From assembly GCA_963778655.1 (NCBI GenBank), contig CAVZVA010000009.1, positions 992,001 to 1,056,000 of the forward strand: a stretch of DNA of 64,000 nucleotides. Reading direction: 5' to 3'. This document shows, piece after piece, positions 1-11,388 of this stretch (its first letter is position 1; the number at the start of each line of letters is the position of its first letter). The notes beneath the pieces were generated by a model, which saw only the letters and a program-made list of their open reading frames with translations, made no database searches and was not told the origin of the DNA. The position numbers and the translations under genes are program-made. Origin of the DNA: an uncultured delta proteobacterium. GTDB taxonomy: Bacteria > Myxococcota_A > Polyangia > Polyangiales > JAFGIB01.

Positions 1-1
1 G

Positions 2-556
2 ATCGCCGTCTACTACATCGTCGCCACGGCCGAGGCCTCGAGCAACCTCGCGCGCTTCGACGGGATGCGCTACGGCCTGCGCGTGCGCGGTGAGGACCTG
101 CACGACACCTACCGCAAGACGCGCCAGGCCGGCTTCGGGGTGGAGGTCAAGCGCCGCATCATGCTGGGCACCTACGCGCTGTCGGCCGGCTACTACGACG
201 CGTACTACCTCAAGGCGCAGAAGGTGCGCGCGTTGATGGTGCGCGACTTCGCGCAGGCGTTCGAGCGCTGCGACGTGTTGCTGATGCCCACCTCGCCTAC
301 GCCCGCGTTCCGGCTGGGCGAGGTCAAGGACCCGCTGTCGATGTACAAGCAGGACATCTTCACCTTGCCCGCGAGCCTGGCCGGCGTGCCTGCGATCAGC
401 ATGCCGTGTGGGCTGGCCGAGGGCAAGCTGCCGCTCGGGCTGCAGCTGTGCGCGCCGGCCTTCGAGGAGGGCCGGCTGGTGCGGCTGGCGCACGCGCTCG
501 AGCAGGCCGCCGGCCCGCTGCCCGCGCCGCCCGACCCCGAAGGTCTGCCGGCATGA
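2..556 (+). CDS. gatA: Asp/Glu-tRNA amidotransferase subunit A, C-terminal part (5' end outside window)
   Basis: Frame reads [25 protein letters not shown]...[29 protein letters not shown], the GatA signature; followed by gatB. Confidence 0.97.
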   Translation: MAVYYIVATAEASSNLARFDGMRYGLRVRGEDLHDTYRKTRQAGFGVEVKRRIMLGTYALSAGYYDAYYLKAQKVRALMVRDFAQAFERCDVLLMPTSPTPAFRLGEVKDPLSMYKQDIFTLPASLAGVPAISMPCGLAEGKLPLGLQLCAPAFEEGRLVRLAHALEQAAGPLPAPPDPEGLPA

Positions 557-2021
557 GCTACGAAATCGTGATCGGTCTGGAGGTGCACGCGCAGCTGCTG
601 ACGCGAGTCCAAGCTGTTCTGCGGCTGCGCCACGCGCTTCGGCGCCGCACCCAACAGCCACACCTGTCCGGTGTGCCTGGCGCTGCCGGGCTCGCTGCCG
701 GTGCCCAACCGGAGGGCGATCGAGCTGGCGATGCGTGCGGGTCTGGCGCTCGGCTGCGAGGTGCGCGCGCGTAGCGTGTTCGCGCGCAAGAACTATTTCT
801 ATCCGGACCTGCCCAAGGGCTACCAGATCTCCCAGTTCGAGCTGCCGATCTGCGAGCACGGGCGGCTCGAGGTCGAGGTCGAGGGCGTGCGGCGCGTGGT
901 CGGCATCCGCCGCGTGCACATGGAAGAGGACGCGGCCAAGAACCTGCACGGCACGGGCGCGGGCGGCCGCACGCTGGTCGACTTCAATCGCGGTGGCACG
1001 CCGCTGATCGAGATCGTGAGTCGAGCCCGATCTGCGCAGCGCGGCCGAGGCCGAGGAGTACCTCAAGCGCCTGCGCGAGATCCTGATGTTCATCGGCGTC
1101 AACGACGGCAACCTGGAGGAGGGCTCGTTTCGCTGCGACGCCAACGTCTCGATCCGGCCGGCGGGCGCGCGCGAGCTCGGCACCCGGACCGAGCTCAAGA
1201 ACATCAACTCGTTCCGCTTCGTGCGCGAGGCGATCGACCTACGAAGTCGCGCGCCAGCAGGCGGTGCTCGCGGCAGGCGGCAAGGTCGAGCAGCAGACGC
1301 GGCTGTGGAGCGAGTCGCAAGCCAAGACCATGCCCATGCGCAGCAAGGAAGAGGCGATGGACTATCGCTACTTCCCCGATCCGGACCTTCCGCCGATCGT
1401 GTTGCAGCCGGCGGAGATCGAGCGCGTGCGCGGCGCGCTGCCCGAGCTGCCCGCGAGCAAGCGCGAGCGCTTCCAGCGCGAGCTGGGGTTGACCACGTCC
1501 GACGCGCTGGTGCTCACCGCCCATCCGGCGCTGGCGCAGCTGTTCGAGCGTACGACCGAGCGCCTGCTGCAGGCCGGCAAGGGTGCGCCCGAGCCGGCGC
1601 GGGCCGGCAAGCGCGCGGCGAATTTCATCCAGGCCGAGCTGCTCGGCAAGGTGCGGCTGCAGGGGCTCTCGGCGGACACGCGGGTGACGCCGGAAGCGCT
1701 GGGCGAGCTGCTGTGGCTGCTGGAGAGCGGCGAGATCAGCGGCAAGATGGCCAAGGAGGCGTTGCCCGCCATGCTCGACAACGCGCGCGGCGCGCGCGAG
1801 GTGCTGGCCGACAAGGGCCTGTCGCAGCTCAGCGACGCTTCGGAGATCGAGCGGCTGGCGCGCGAAATCGTCGGCCGGCATCCCGATAACGTCGCGGCGT
1901 ATCGCGCGGGCAAGCAGAACGTGCTCGGCTGGTTCGTCGGCCAGGTGATGAAGGCCAGCTCGGGCCGCGCCAATCCCAAGCTGGTCAACGAGACGTTGCG
2001 CAAGCTGCTGGAGCAGGCCTG

Positions 2022-2022
<1 letters not shown>
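553..2022 (+). CDS. gatB: Asp/Glu-tRNA amidotransferase subunit B, broken by three apparent +1 frameshifts (~607, ~1020, ~1240)
   Basis: [15 protein letters not shown] / [33 protein letters not shown] / [24 protein letters not shown] / [24 protein letters not shown] occur in four successive frame segments. Confidence 0.93.
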
Positions 2023-3101
<1,079 letters not shown>

Positions 3102-3129
3102 CCGACCCGGGCCCTGCAGACAACAGGAA

Positions 3130-3194
3130 ACAGGAAGACGGGAAGGCGGGAAGAAGAGACTATGTGTGTGCTTCCCGTCTTCGCATCTCCCTGT
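3130..3194. repeat. Imperfect 24-bp inverted repeat, REP-like intergenic hairpin
   Basis: acaggaagacgggaaggcgggaag (3130-3153) pairs with cttcccgtcttcgcatctccctgt (3171-3194) at 20/24 positions. Confidence 0.6.
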
Positions 3195-3215
3195 GAGACT
3201 TCTTAGATCCCGACG

Positions 3216-3848
3216 ATGGCCGACACGCTCGCAGATTGTCGCCGCTTGCTGCCGTCGCTGTTCGCGTCCGCGCTGCAGCGGCTGGAGCAGCGGGCGAGCG
3301 CGGGCGACGCCGGGGTACGCTCGCGGCTGGACGCGATCGGCGCGCAGCCGGTGGAGTCGCTGCTGCAGCTGCAAGGGGAGGGCGGCGGCGAGCTGCACCT
3401 GCGCGCGGGCCGGGATGGGCTGCGCGTGGTCGAGAGCGCGGTTCCCGCGGGCTTCGGCTACGCGCTCGGCTTGCCTACCGCGGCCGCACGCGACGCGCTC
3501 GCGCTGATCGAGGACGCGCGCGCGGCCGAGATCGAGGCGGCCGGGCGCGGGCTGGCGGCGCTGGCTTCGGCGACGGCGCGCGAGCTGTTCGGGGCGACGC
3601 CGTTCGAGCTCGCGCTGACCATCGCCCACGTGCCGGAGCTCGGCACGCTGCGGCTGCTGCTCGGCCTGGGTCGCGCGGCGTTGCCCGCGCGGCCCGAGTT
3701 CGAGCTGCTCGTGGACTACGACGATCTCGAGGACGCGTACGAGCAGGGCACCGCGCCGCACCAGCTGTTCTTGGCCGGCAAGATGCGGATCGAGGGCGAC
3801 GTGGCCAAGGCGATGGTGCTGGGCATGGTGCTGGCGCAGCTCGAGTGA
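3216..3848 (+). CDS. Protein with C-terminal SCP2 sterol/lipid-binding-like domain
   Basis: C-terminal PHQLFLAGKMRIEGDVAKAM resembles the SCP2 'F..GKl.i.GD...a' motif. Confidence 0.7.
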   Translation: MADTLADCRRLLPSLFASALQRLEQRASAGDAGVRSRLDAIGAQPVESLLQLQGEGGGELHLRAGRDGLRVVESAVPAGFGYALGLPTAAARDALALIEDARAAEIEAAGRGLAALASATARELFGATPFELALTIAHVPELGTLRLLLGLGRAALPARPEFELLVDYDDLEDAYEQGTAPHQLFLAGKMRIEGDVAKAMVLGMVLAQLE

Positions 3849-3870
3849 GACGGCCCCCTACGGCTCGAGC

Positions 3871-5205
3871 TCAGGACTCGAGCTCGTCCTGCCACAGCGC
3901 CTCGATCGGCTGGCGCCGCCGCGAGAGCCGCACGCGGCCGTCCTCGACCAGCAGCTCGGGCGCCAGCGGCCGCGCGTTGTAGTTGCTGGCCATTACCGCC
4001 GCGTAGGCGCCAGCGCCCCGCACCGCCAGCAGGTCGCCGCGCTGCAGCGGCGGCAGCATGCGGTCCCGCGCCAGGAAGTCGCTGGACTCGCACACCGGGC
4101 CGACTACGTCCGCAGGCGCGCGCGGCGCCTCCGCGCCGGGCTCCACCACCGGCACGATCGCGTGGTAGGCGCCGTAGAGCGCGGGCCGGATCAGCTCGGT
4201 CATCGCCGCGTCGACGATCACGAAGCGCTTGCCGGCCTGCTGCTTGACGTAGAGCACGCGCGTCAGCAGCACGCCCGCGTCGCCGACCAGCGCGCGGCCG
4301 GGCTCGACCAGCAGCGAGAGCCCGAGCTCACCGGCGCCGCCGCGCCGCGCCGCGTCGATGATCGCGTGGCCGAAGCGCGCGTGCGACGCGGCCTCGGCGT
4401 CTTCGTCGCCGTACATGATCGGCCAGCCGCCGCCGGCGTCGAGCAAGCGCAACTCCGCGCCGGCGGTGACGCACTCGCGGCCGAAGCGGGCCACGATCTG
4501 CACCGCCTCCGCGATCGGCTCGGGCGACTGCACCATCGAGCCGATGTGGCAGGCCAGGCATTCCAGCTTCAGGTGCGGGCTAGAGAGCAGGCGCGGCAGC
4601 AGGCGGCGAGCGCTGTCGAGGTCGAGCCCGAACTTGCTGCTGTGCAGGCCGGTCGCGATGTAGGGATGGGTGCCGGCGTCGACGTCGGGGTTGACGCGCA
4701 GGCCGACGCGCGCGCGTGTGCCGAGCACGGCGGCCTGGGCCTCGATTGCGTCGAGCTCCTGCTCGCTCTCGGCGTGGATCGAGCGCACGCCCAGCTCCAG
4801 CGCGGCGCGCAGCTCGGTGTCGGTCTTGCCCACTCCGCTGAACACGATGCGCTCGGGCGGAAAGCCCGCCTTGCGCACGCGCAGCAGCTCGCCGCCCGAG
4901 ACGATGTCCGCGCCCGCGCCCGCCCGCGCCAGCCGCGACAGGATGCCGAGGTTGGCGTTGGCCTTGACCGCGTACGCCACCAGGTGCGGCATGTCCGCCA
5001 GCGCGGCGTCGATGCCGGCATAGGCGGCGTCGATCGAGGCCGCGCTGTACACGTAGCTCGGCGTGCCGAACTGCCGCGCGATCGCGTCGAGCGGCTGATC
5101 GTCGGCGCACAGCAGCCCGTCGCGGTAGCGGAAGTGGGGCGATGGCGGAATGCCGCCTGCTGCAGGTCGCTCGGGGTGCTCGCTCGCGCGTGTGGTGTCC
5201 GCCAT
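3871..5205 (-). CDS. lysA: Diaminopimelate decarboxylase
   Basis: FGTPSYVYS, YAVKAN (PLP lysine), DIVSGGEL, HPYIATG..SKFG, HIGS, EPGRALV, LIRPALY, VVGPVCESSD, GAY..MASNYN. ATG taken at 5205, just after the argH stop. Confidence 0.95.
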   Translation of the reverse strand: MADTTRASEHPERPAAGGIPPSPHFRYRDGLLCADDQPLDAIARQFGTPSYVYSAASIDAAYAGIDAALADMPHLVAYAVKANANLGILSRLARAGAGADIVSGGELLRVRKAGFPPERIVFSGVGKTDTELRAALELGVRSIHAESEQELDAIEAQAAVLGTRARVGLRVNPDVDAGTHPYIATGLHSSKFGLDLDSARRLLPRLLSSPHLKLECLACHIGSMVQSPEPIAEAVQIVARFGRECVTAGAELRLLDAGGGWPIMYGDEDAEAASHARFGHAIIDAARRGGAGELGLSLLVEPGRALVGDAGVLLTRVLYVKQQAGKRFVIVDAAMTELIRPALYGAYHAIVPVVEPGAEAPRAPADVVGPVCESSDFLARDRMLPPLQRGDLLAVRGAGAYAAVMASNYNARPLAPELLVEDGRVRLSRRRQPIEALWQDELES

Positions 5206-5210
5206 CGTCT

Positions 5211-6638
5211 TCACTCCGTTGCGCCGAGCGCGCGCGCCACCTCGGTGGCGTCCAGGCCGCGCCGCAGCAAGCGCGCGCGCAGCGAGTCGATCTCGGCCTG
5301 CACCATGGCGCGGGCCGGCCCGCCCGGCAGCGCGCGGCGCTCGACCGCGGTCTCCGGATCGAGCGCCGCATACACGTCCTGCTCGAAGGCCGGCGCCTCG
5401 CACCGCAGCTCGTCCAGGGTCAGCTCGGGCAGCGTCTTGCCGTGCGCGATCGCGTAGCTGACCAGGCGCCCGGCCGCGTGGTGGGCGTCGCGGAACGGCA
5501 CGCCCTTCGCGCTCAGGTAGTCGGCCAGCTCGGTCGCGTCCACGAAACCCTCGCGCAGCGCCGCCCGCATGCGCGCGCCGTCGAAGCGCGCGCTGGCCAG
5601 CGCGCCGCCGAGCACGCGCAGGCAGGCGTCGACGGTGTCGAAGGCGTCGAACACCGGCGGCTTGTCCTCTTGCAGATCGCGGTTGTAGGCCAGCGGCAGG
5701 CCCTTGAGCACGACCAGCAGCGTGACTAGGTCGCCTACCACCCGCCCGCTCTTGCCGCGCACCAGCTCGGCCATGTCGGGATTCTTCTTCTGCGGCATCA
5801 TCGAGGAGCCGGTGGTGAAGGCGTCGCTCATCTGCACGAAGCCGAACTCCTGGCTGCTCCACAGCACCAGCTCCTCGCCGATGCGCGAGAGGTGGATCGC
5901 GCAGTTGGCGAGCGCCGCCACGGTCTCGACCAGGAAGTCGCGATCGGCTACGGCGTCGAGCGAGTTGCGCGCGATCTCGTCGAAGCCGAGCTCACGCGCG
6001 GTCGCGTCGCGGTCGAGCGCGAAGGTGGTGGAGGCGAGCGCGCCGGAGCCCAGCGGCGAGCGGTTCATGCGCCGCGCGGCGTCGAGCAGCCGCTCGCGGT
6101 CGCGCTCCAGCATCTCAGCCCAGGCCAGCAGGTGGTGCGAGAGGCGCACGGGCTGCGCGCGCTGCAGGTGGGTGTAGCCCGGCATCAGCAGCTCGAGCGC
6201 GCCGCCGGCGCGCGCGCAAAGCACGCATAGCAGCTCGTCGATACGCTGCACGCTGCCGCCGCAGGCCTCGCGCGTCCACAGCCGCATGTCGGTCGCCACC
6301 TGGTCGTTACGGCTGCGGCCGGTGTGCAGCCGTCCGCCCGCCTCGCCGATGCGCGCGGTGAGCGCGGCCTCGACGTTCATATGCACGTCTTCCTTGCTCG
6401 CGTCCCACTGGAAGCGCCCGGCCTCGATCTCTTGGGCAATCTGCTGCAGTCCGGCGATGATGCGCGCCGCGTCCTCTGCGCTCAGGATGCCGCGCGCGCC
6501 CAGCATGCGTGCGTGCGCGATCGAGCCGCGGATGTCCTGCGGCGCCAGGCGCTTGTCCACGTCGACGCTGGCGCTGAGCCCGAGCGCGGCCGCATCCAGC
6601 TCCTGCTCGAATCTGCCCCCCCAGCTCTTGTCGCTCAT
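5211..6638 (-). CDS. argH: Argininosuccinate lyase
   Basis: WGGRF, EDVHMNVE, LHTGRSRNDQVATD, PGYTHLQRAQP, GSSMMPQKKNPD, YNRDLQEDK. Confidence 0.98.
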   Translation of the reverse strand: MSDKSWGGRFEQELDAAALGLSASVDVDKRLAPQDIRGSIAHARMLGARGILSAEDAARIIAGLQQIAQEIEAGRFQWDASKEDVHMNVEAALTARIGEAGGRLHTGRSRNDQVATDMRLWTREACGGSVQRIDELLCVLCARAGGALELLMPGYTHLQRAQPVRLSHHLLAWAEMLERDRERLLDAARRMNRSPLGSGALASTTFALDRDATARELGFDEIARNSLDAVADRDFLVETVAALANCAIHLSRIGEELVLWSSQEFGFVQMSDAFTTGSSMMPQKKNPDMAELVRGKSGRVVGDLVTLLVVLKGLPLAYNRDLQEDKPPVFDAFDTVDACLRVLGGALASARFDGARMRAALREGFVDATELADYLSAKGVPFRDAHHAAGRLVSYAIAHGKTLPELTLDELRCEAPAFEQDVYAALDPETAVERRALPGGPARAMVQAEIDSLRARLLRRGLDATEVARALGATE

Positions 6639-6705
6639 CGTGCTCGGCTCCCATTCGCGGGGGTGCGGGCCGCGGCGAGCCCTCGCGGGCCTGTGCGGGC
6701 GGCAC

Positions 6706-6753
6706 CCGGCCGGCTAGCCTTAGCGCAATTTGGCCCCACAGTCGCGTGTCGGC
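6706..6753. repeat. Left direct repeat: degenerate copy of the 3' end of the ATPase-like gene
   Basis: Minus strand translates ADTRLWGQIALRLAGR; the ATPase C-terminus at 20373-20420 reads AGTRLLRRIALRLPER. Confidence 0.7.
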
Positions 6754-6837
6754 CGACCTGGGTCTGCTCTCCACGCCGGCTCCCGCTGGCGCCGGCCCCC
6801 GCCGCCCGATCTTCGGCTCCGAGCGGCCGGCCGGCAT

Positions 6838-6869
6838 GGCCAAAGCTTGGAGCGAAAGAAATCCCTCTT
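6838..6869 (+). promoter_or_regulatory. Island dyad motif, copy 1 (upstream of the TauE / adenylation unit)
   Basis: ggccaaagcttggagcgaaagaaatccctctt matches 13406-13437 at 25/32 positions. Confidence 0.6.
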
Positions 6870-6948
6870 GTCCGTCGGGCGGCCGGTGCTCGACAAACGC
6901 GGGGCCACCATCGCGTACCTCGGCGCCACCGCGCCCGGGAGCAACGCC

Positions 6949-8022
6949 ATGTCGACCACACCCACGACCACCGCCGTCCGCCCCAGCGCGCTCGCCAGGC
7001 CGCTCTCCTCCGGGATCAGGCCGTGGCTGATCTGGCTGGTGTTGTTCTACGCCACGTGGCTGGTGCTGGTCGTGGCGGGCGAACGCGCCCAGGTGCTTCC
7101 GCAGCACTGGGGCATTGCGCTGGCGATGGCGTTCGGATCGTACGCGGCAGGGGCGACCCCGATGGGCGGAGGTACGGTCGGCTTTCCAATCCTGGTGCTG
7201 TTGTTCCACGAGCCCGCGGTGCTGGGCCGCGATTTCAGCTTCGCCGTGCAGAGCATCGGCATGACCAGCGCCTCGATCCTGATCCTCTGCCGGCGTCAAC
7301 CGCTCGAGTGGCCGATGCTGCGCTGGGCGCTGCTCGGCTCGCTGGTCGGCACGCCCTTCGGCATCATCTGCATCGCGCCTCACGTGCCGGAGCTGATGAT
7401 CAAGCTGCTCTTTGCTGTGATCTGGGCCAGCTTCGGCGTGCTCCACCTCTATCGAGTCAAAGAGCTGGTGCGCCACGAGGGTCTGGCCGACGGCGCTCAT
7501 CGCTTCGATCGCAACGCCGGGCTTCTGATCGGCCTGCTCGCCGGCGCCACGGTCGCGTCGATCACGGGGGTTGGTGTCGACATGGTGATCTACGCGGTGC
7601 TGGTTCTATTGTGTCAGGCCGACCTCAAGATCGCGATCCCAACCTCGGTCGTGATCATGGCCGCGACCTCGGTGATTGGAATCCTCACCAAGAATCTGGT
7701 GACCGGCGTGCAACCGGGCGTGTTCGACAACTGGCTGGCTGCTGCTCCGATCGTCGCGCTGGGTGCGCCGCTGGGCGCCGTCGTCGTGGACAAGATCGGA
7801 CGCACGTCCACGCTGCTGTTCGTGTCGGTCCTGTGCATCGGCCAGTTCGTCTGGACGCTCTCGAACGAGTGGACAGCGCTCGGGTACGAGGGGCTCGTGT
7901 GCGCCGTGGCTGCCGTGCTCGGCTCCAACCTGGTGTTCGAGTGGCTCTATCGGCTGGGCGCCCGCCTGGACCGCCGGCGCAGCCTGCGGCCGGCGCCCCT
8001 CTCCGTGCTCGAGGGCGCGTAG
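6949..8022 (+). CDS. TauE/SafE (TSUP) family membrane transporter
   Basis: Many TM segments; GATPMGGGTVGFP, AVQSIGMTSA, GVGVDM, IAIPTSVVIMA motifs. Confidence 0.85.
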   Translation: MSTTPTTTAVRPSALARPLSSGIRPWLIWLVLFYATWLVLVVAGERAQVLPQHWGIALAMAFGSYAAGATPMGGGTVGFPILVLLFHEPAVLGRDFSFAVQSIGMTSASILILCRRQPLEWPMLRWALLGSLVGTPFGIICIAPHVPELMIKLLFAVIWASFGVLHLYRVKELVRHEGLADGAHRFDRNAGLLIGLLAGATVASITGVGVDMVIYAVLVLLCQADLKIAIPTSVVIMAATSVIGILTKNLVTGVQPGVFDNWLAAAPIVALGAPLGAVVVDKIGRTSTLLFVSVLCIGQFVWTLSNEWTALGYEGLVCAVAAVLGSNLVFEWLYRLGARLDRRRSLRPAPLSVLEGA

Positions 8023-8042
8023 GTCTCGAGGAGGATCCACAC

Positions 8043-9617
8043 ATGTTACTGCAGGACCTGGTTCGACGCGCTGCACAGCGAGCTCCCGATGCGCTGGCGG
8101 TCTGGGGCCCCGACGGCGAGCTCAGCTATGGGCAGCTAGGCGCGCTGGCGGACCGAATCGCCGGCGTGCTCGTCGGGCTCGGGGTCGAGCCGGGCGACCG
8201 CGTCGGGCTGTTTCACGAGAAGTCCACCAAGGTCGTCGCCGCGATGCAGGCCGTGCTCCGCGTGGGCGCGGCGTACGTCCCGCTCGACCCTACTTCGGCG
8301 ATTGCCCGTGTGGCGCTGTGTCTGCGCGACTGTGGCTGTAAAGCGGTGGTCACCGGACGCCGCCAGGCCGCGTCTCTGCGCGCCGCTGGTGTGCGGCTGC
8401 CCTGCCTGCTGATCGATGTCGAGGAGCCGGCGGCACCCACAGCAGATGAGCCTGCGACGCGAACGCTCCACGACCTCGCGAGCAGCCTCCCCGCATCGCC
8501 CGTCGAGGTCGAGCGGCGCGAGGACGACCTCGCATACATTCTCTACACCTCGGGCAGCACCGGCACGCCCAAAGGGGTCTGCTTGAGCCACCGCAACGCG
8601 CTCGCCTATGTCCAATGGGCGGTCGACGCGTTGGGCATCGATGCGCGGGACCGGCTCGCCAACCATGCTCCGTTTCACTTCGACCTGTCGGTCTTCGACC
8701 TGTACGCCGCGTTTTGGGCCGGTGCCAGCGTGCACCTCATTCCGGAGCTCGCGTCGTACGCGCCGCGCAAGCTGGTCGAGCTGATGCATTCGCGTGCGAT
8801 CTCGATCTGGTACTGCGTCCCGTCGGTGTTGACGCTGATGATGCGCGATGGCGGGCTGCTCGAGCGCGAGCAAATCGCGCCGCACACCGTCATCTTCGCC
8901 GGCGAGGTGTTCCCGATCGCGTCCCTGCGCAGGCTCCAGCGCGCGTTTCCCCGGGTACGACTCTACAACTTCTACGGTCCCACCGAAACCAACGTCTGCA
9001 CGGCATATGCCGTGCCCGCGCTGAACGACGGCGATGCGCGCGAGATCCCGATCGGCAGCGCTTCCAGTGGAGACCACGTGTACGCGGTGCGAAGCGACGG
9101 TCAGCCGGCGGGCGCGGGCGAGGAGGGCGAGCTCTGGGTCGAGGGTCCGAGCGTAATGCTGGGATACTGGGGCAAGCCTCCGCAAGACGCACGCCCCTAC
9201 CGTACCGGCGACCTGGTGCGAGTCGAAGCCGGCGGCTGCTTCCGCTACGTGGGCCGCGTGGATAACCAGGTCAAGGTGCGCGGCCATCGTATCGAGCTCG
9301 GGGAAATCGAGACGGCGCTGCGGTCGGCGCCGGAGATCGAGGATGCGGCGGTCGTGGTCGGTGGAAGCGGAGTGGAAGCGCGCCTGGTCGCGTTCGTGGT
9401 TGCGGCCGCGAGTGAGGCGCACCCATCGCTGGTGCGCGTCAAACGCATCTGCGCCGAGCGCCTCCCGCGCTACATGATCGTGGACGCGCTCCATGCCGTC
9501 CCGGCCCTACCGTTGACCCCCAACGGAAAGGCCGATCGGAAGCTGCTGCGAGCCTGGGCCGAGAGCCCACCGCCTCGCAGCTCGGTCGACCGCGTCAGTC
9601 CGGCGCGCGACTCATGA
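8043..9617 (+). CDS. Stand-alone amino acid adenylation enzyme, probably L-proline:carrier protein ligase (PltF/RedM/Bmp4-like)
   Basis: A-domain cores LAYILYTSGSTGTPKG, FDLSVFD, NFYGPTE, YRTGD, GRVDNQVKVRGHRIELGEIE, PLTPNGKADR; no C or T domain. Proline specificity is inferred from gene context. Confidence 0.85.
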   Translation: MLLQDLVRRAAQRAPDALAVWGPDGELSYGQLGALADRIAGVLVGLGVEPGDRVGLFHEKSTKVVAAMQAVLRVGAAYVPLDPTSAIARVALCLRDCGCKAVVTGRRQAASLRAAGVRLPCLLIDVEEPAAPTADEPATRTLHDLASSLPASPVEVERREDDLAYILYTSGSTGTPKGVCLSHRNALAYVQWAVDALGIDARDRLANHAPFHFDLSVFDLYAAFWAGASVHLIPELASYAPRKLVELMHSRAISIWYCVPSVLTLMMRDGGLLEREQIAPHTVIFAGEVFPIASLRRLQRAFPRVRLYNFYGPTETNVCTAYAVPALNDGDAREIPIGSASSGDHVYAVRSDGQPAGAGEEGELWVEGPSVMLGYWGKPPQDARPYRTGDLVRVEAGGCFRYVGRVDNQVKVRGHRIELGEIETALRSAPEIEDAAVVVGGSGVEARLVAFVVAAASEAHPSLVRVKRICAERLPRYMIVDALHAVPALPLTPNGKADRKLLRAWAESPPPRSSVDRVSPARDS

Positions 9618-10313
9618 AGCCGCGCTGCGGCCGTTCTTGGGCGCGTGCTCCTGCGGTCGCAGCTCGTTGTCGCGCAGCTCGGCACGACCGCGAACGAAGT
9701 CTTGCAGAGCGTCCCGCAGGCTCCGGCGCGTCGTTACCCCATCCAGGCGCACGCCCATGTGCACGATGGTTTGTGCGATCGTCGGGCTGATCCCGGTGAT
9801 CACGCAGCGAGCGCCGAGGAGGCGGATGGCTTTGGCCATGCGTATGAAATGGTCGGCCGTACCGGTGTCCATCACCTCGATACCCGTGATGTCGATGATC
9901 GTGCACTTGGCGTTCTTCTCCACCGTGGCACGCAGAATCGCCTCGGTCATCTCCGCGCTCCGCGCGGTATCCATCACGCCGACCACAGGCAAGCAGATCA
10001 CGCCGTTCCAGATCTCGATCACCGGCGTCGAAAGCTCGCTGATAGCCGCCCGCTGGCGCTCGATCGTCTCGAGCTTCTCCTCGAGGTCCTTCTGGTAAGC
10101 CATCATGCGCGCGTGTGCGGCGGCAAGGGATGCGACCGTTTCGTTGATTCCCTTGTACAGCGCTGTGATCGGGTGATCGTCGGGCAGCGCGGTCTCGAGC
10201 CGTCCCGAATAGTCGTTGGCGGTGACCTCGGAGAGCACCATCAAGACGTCGACGATGTGCTCCAGAATGCTGTTTTCAAGCTCGGTTTCGTGAGTGTCTT
10301 GGTTGGTATCCAT
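9612..10313 (-). CDS. rsbR: RsbR-like STAS protein with N-terminal HAMP-like / coiled-coil region
   Basis: AISELSTPVIEIWNGVICLPVVGVMDTARS, IIDITGIEVMDTGTA, LLGARCVITGISPTIAQTIV; both phospho-Thr positions are present. Confidence 0.88.
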   Translation of the reverse strand: MDTNQDTHETELENSILEHIVDVLMVLSEVTANDYSGRLETALPDDHPITALYKGINETVASLAAAHARMMAYQKDLEEKLETIERQRAAISELSTPVIEIWNGVICLPVVGVMDTARSAEMTEAILRATVEKNAKCTIIDITGIEVMDTGTADHFIRMAKAIRLLGARCVITGISPTIAQTIVHMGVRLDGVTTRRSLRDALQDFVRGRAELRDNELRPQEHAPKNGRSAAS

Positions 10314-10360
10314 GTTCCCGCAGCGCTCCTGTGTGGCGACCAGTGCCCGACTCAGGGCAG

Positions 10361-10819
10361 CTAGCGCGCGCCTGGCTCGAGTGGTTCCTCCGCTTCCGCC
10401 AAGCAACGAAGGGTTCCGGTGTCTGCGTCGTCCTCGTCGTCGTCGTTGCCAGAGCGGTGCACCACGCCGAGCAGGCCGACGGCATCCTCCAGCGAGGGCA
10501 CGGTAGCTACGTCCGGCATGTCCAGACCCATGGTTTGCAATGTGATGGCGATCTGCGGGCTCAGCCCACAGATCACGGTCTGGGTACCCATCAACGCCGC
10601 CGACGATGCGAGCACGGAGAGCACCGAGCAGAGATGGCTGTCCATCAACCATAGCCCGGTGACGTCGATCACGAGGCCCGTGGTGCGAGAGCGCTCGATG
10701 GCCCGCAGCACGTCGCTGCAGAGCGCCTCGCCTTGCAGGTCATCGACGTCGCCCTGCAGAGGAATCAGCAGAATATTCCACAGCCTCAGCGTAGGAATGC
10801 GATTCGCCTGGGTGGTCAC
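10361..10819 (-). CDS. rsbS: RsbS-like small STAS protein
   Basis: RIPTLRLWNILLIPLQGDVDD, GLVIDVTGLWLMDSH (phospho-Ser), LMGTQTVICGLSPQIAITL; GTG start overlaps the upstream TGA. Confidence 0.88.
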   Translation of the reverse strand: MTTQANRIPTLRLWNILLIPLQGDVDDLQGEALCSDVLRAIERSRTTGLVIDVTGLWLMDSHLCSVLSVLASSAALMGTQTVICGLSPQIAITLQTMGLDMPDVATVPSLEDAVGLLGVVHRSGNDDDEDDADTGTLRCLAEAEEPLEPGAR

Positions 10820-11388
10820 GATCCGTCTCCCATGTCCGCGACGAGCACGCTGGCGTCGTCGTGGTCGCGGCGAAAGCGGGTCATCAGCGTAGCCAGCACC
10901 TGCCGCCGTTCCATGCTCTTGAAGTCGTGTGCTGCGAATCGGGTCGAGATTCCATCCGAGAACACCAGCAGGCGTGCGCCGGCCCGGAGCGCTCCGCGAA
11001 AGATCTTCGGATTGTTTACGCCGCGTCCGAGGATGCCCGGGGTCAGCACGGTTGGAATCTCGGCGCCTACGGTTCTCATCTCGACATTGCCGACCCCGCA
11101 GCTCTCCAGCATGCCGTTCTCGAAGCGACACACCATGGCCGCCGCCCCGCGCGTCGACCGCAGAGCAGCGTCCAGGCCCGAGATCAGATCCAGCACGGTC
11201 GTCGTGAGCGGTACGCTGCCCAGGTACTCGAGCGCGCTGCGCGAGGCCACGGCGGCCCCAGGCCCGTGTCCGAGCCCGTCCACGACCGCGAACAGCGTCA
11301 CGCCGTCCTCGTGCCGCACGCACACCCCGTCGCCGTTGTCCGGCCCGTTGGCGGTAGCGAGAGTCTCGTATTCAATCGCGAGGCTCAT
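10816..11388 (-). CDS. rsbX: RsbX-like PP2C/SpoIIE phosphatase
   Basis: NGDG, AVVDGLGHG, GVGNV, FSDGI and HDDAS metal-binding motifs. Confidence 0.85.
   Translation of the reverse strand: MSLAIEYETLATANGPDNGDGVCVRHEDGVTLFAVVDGLGHGPGAAVASRSALEYLGSVPLTTTVLDLISGLDAALRSTRGAAAMVCRFENGMLESCGVGNVEMRTVGAEIPTVLTPGILGRGVNNPKIFRGALRAGARLLVFSDGISTRFAAHDFKSMERRQVLATLMTRFRRDHDDASVLVADMGDGS

Noticed and set aside
6324..8042. The 1097-aa ORF 6324-9617 read as a large NRPS
   Set aside because: The N-terminal ~570 aa is low-complexity shadow frame overlapping argH and the TauE gene. The real A-domain gene starts at ATG 8043 after a GAGGAGG ribosome-binding site.
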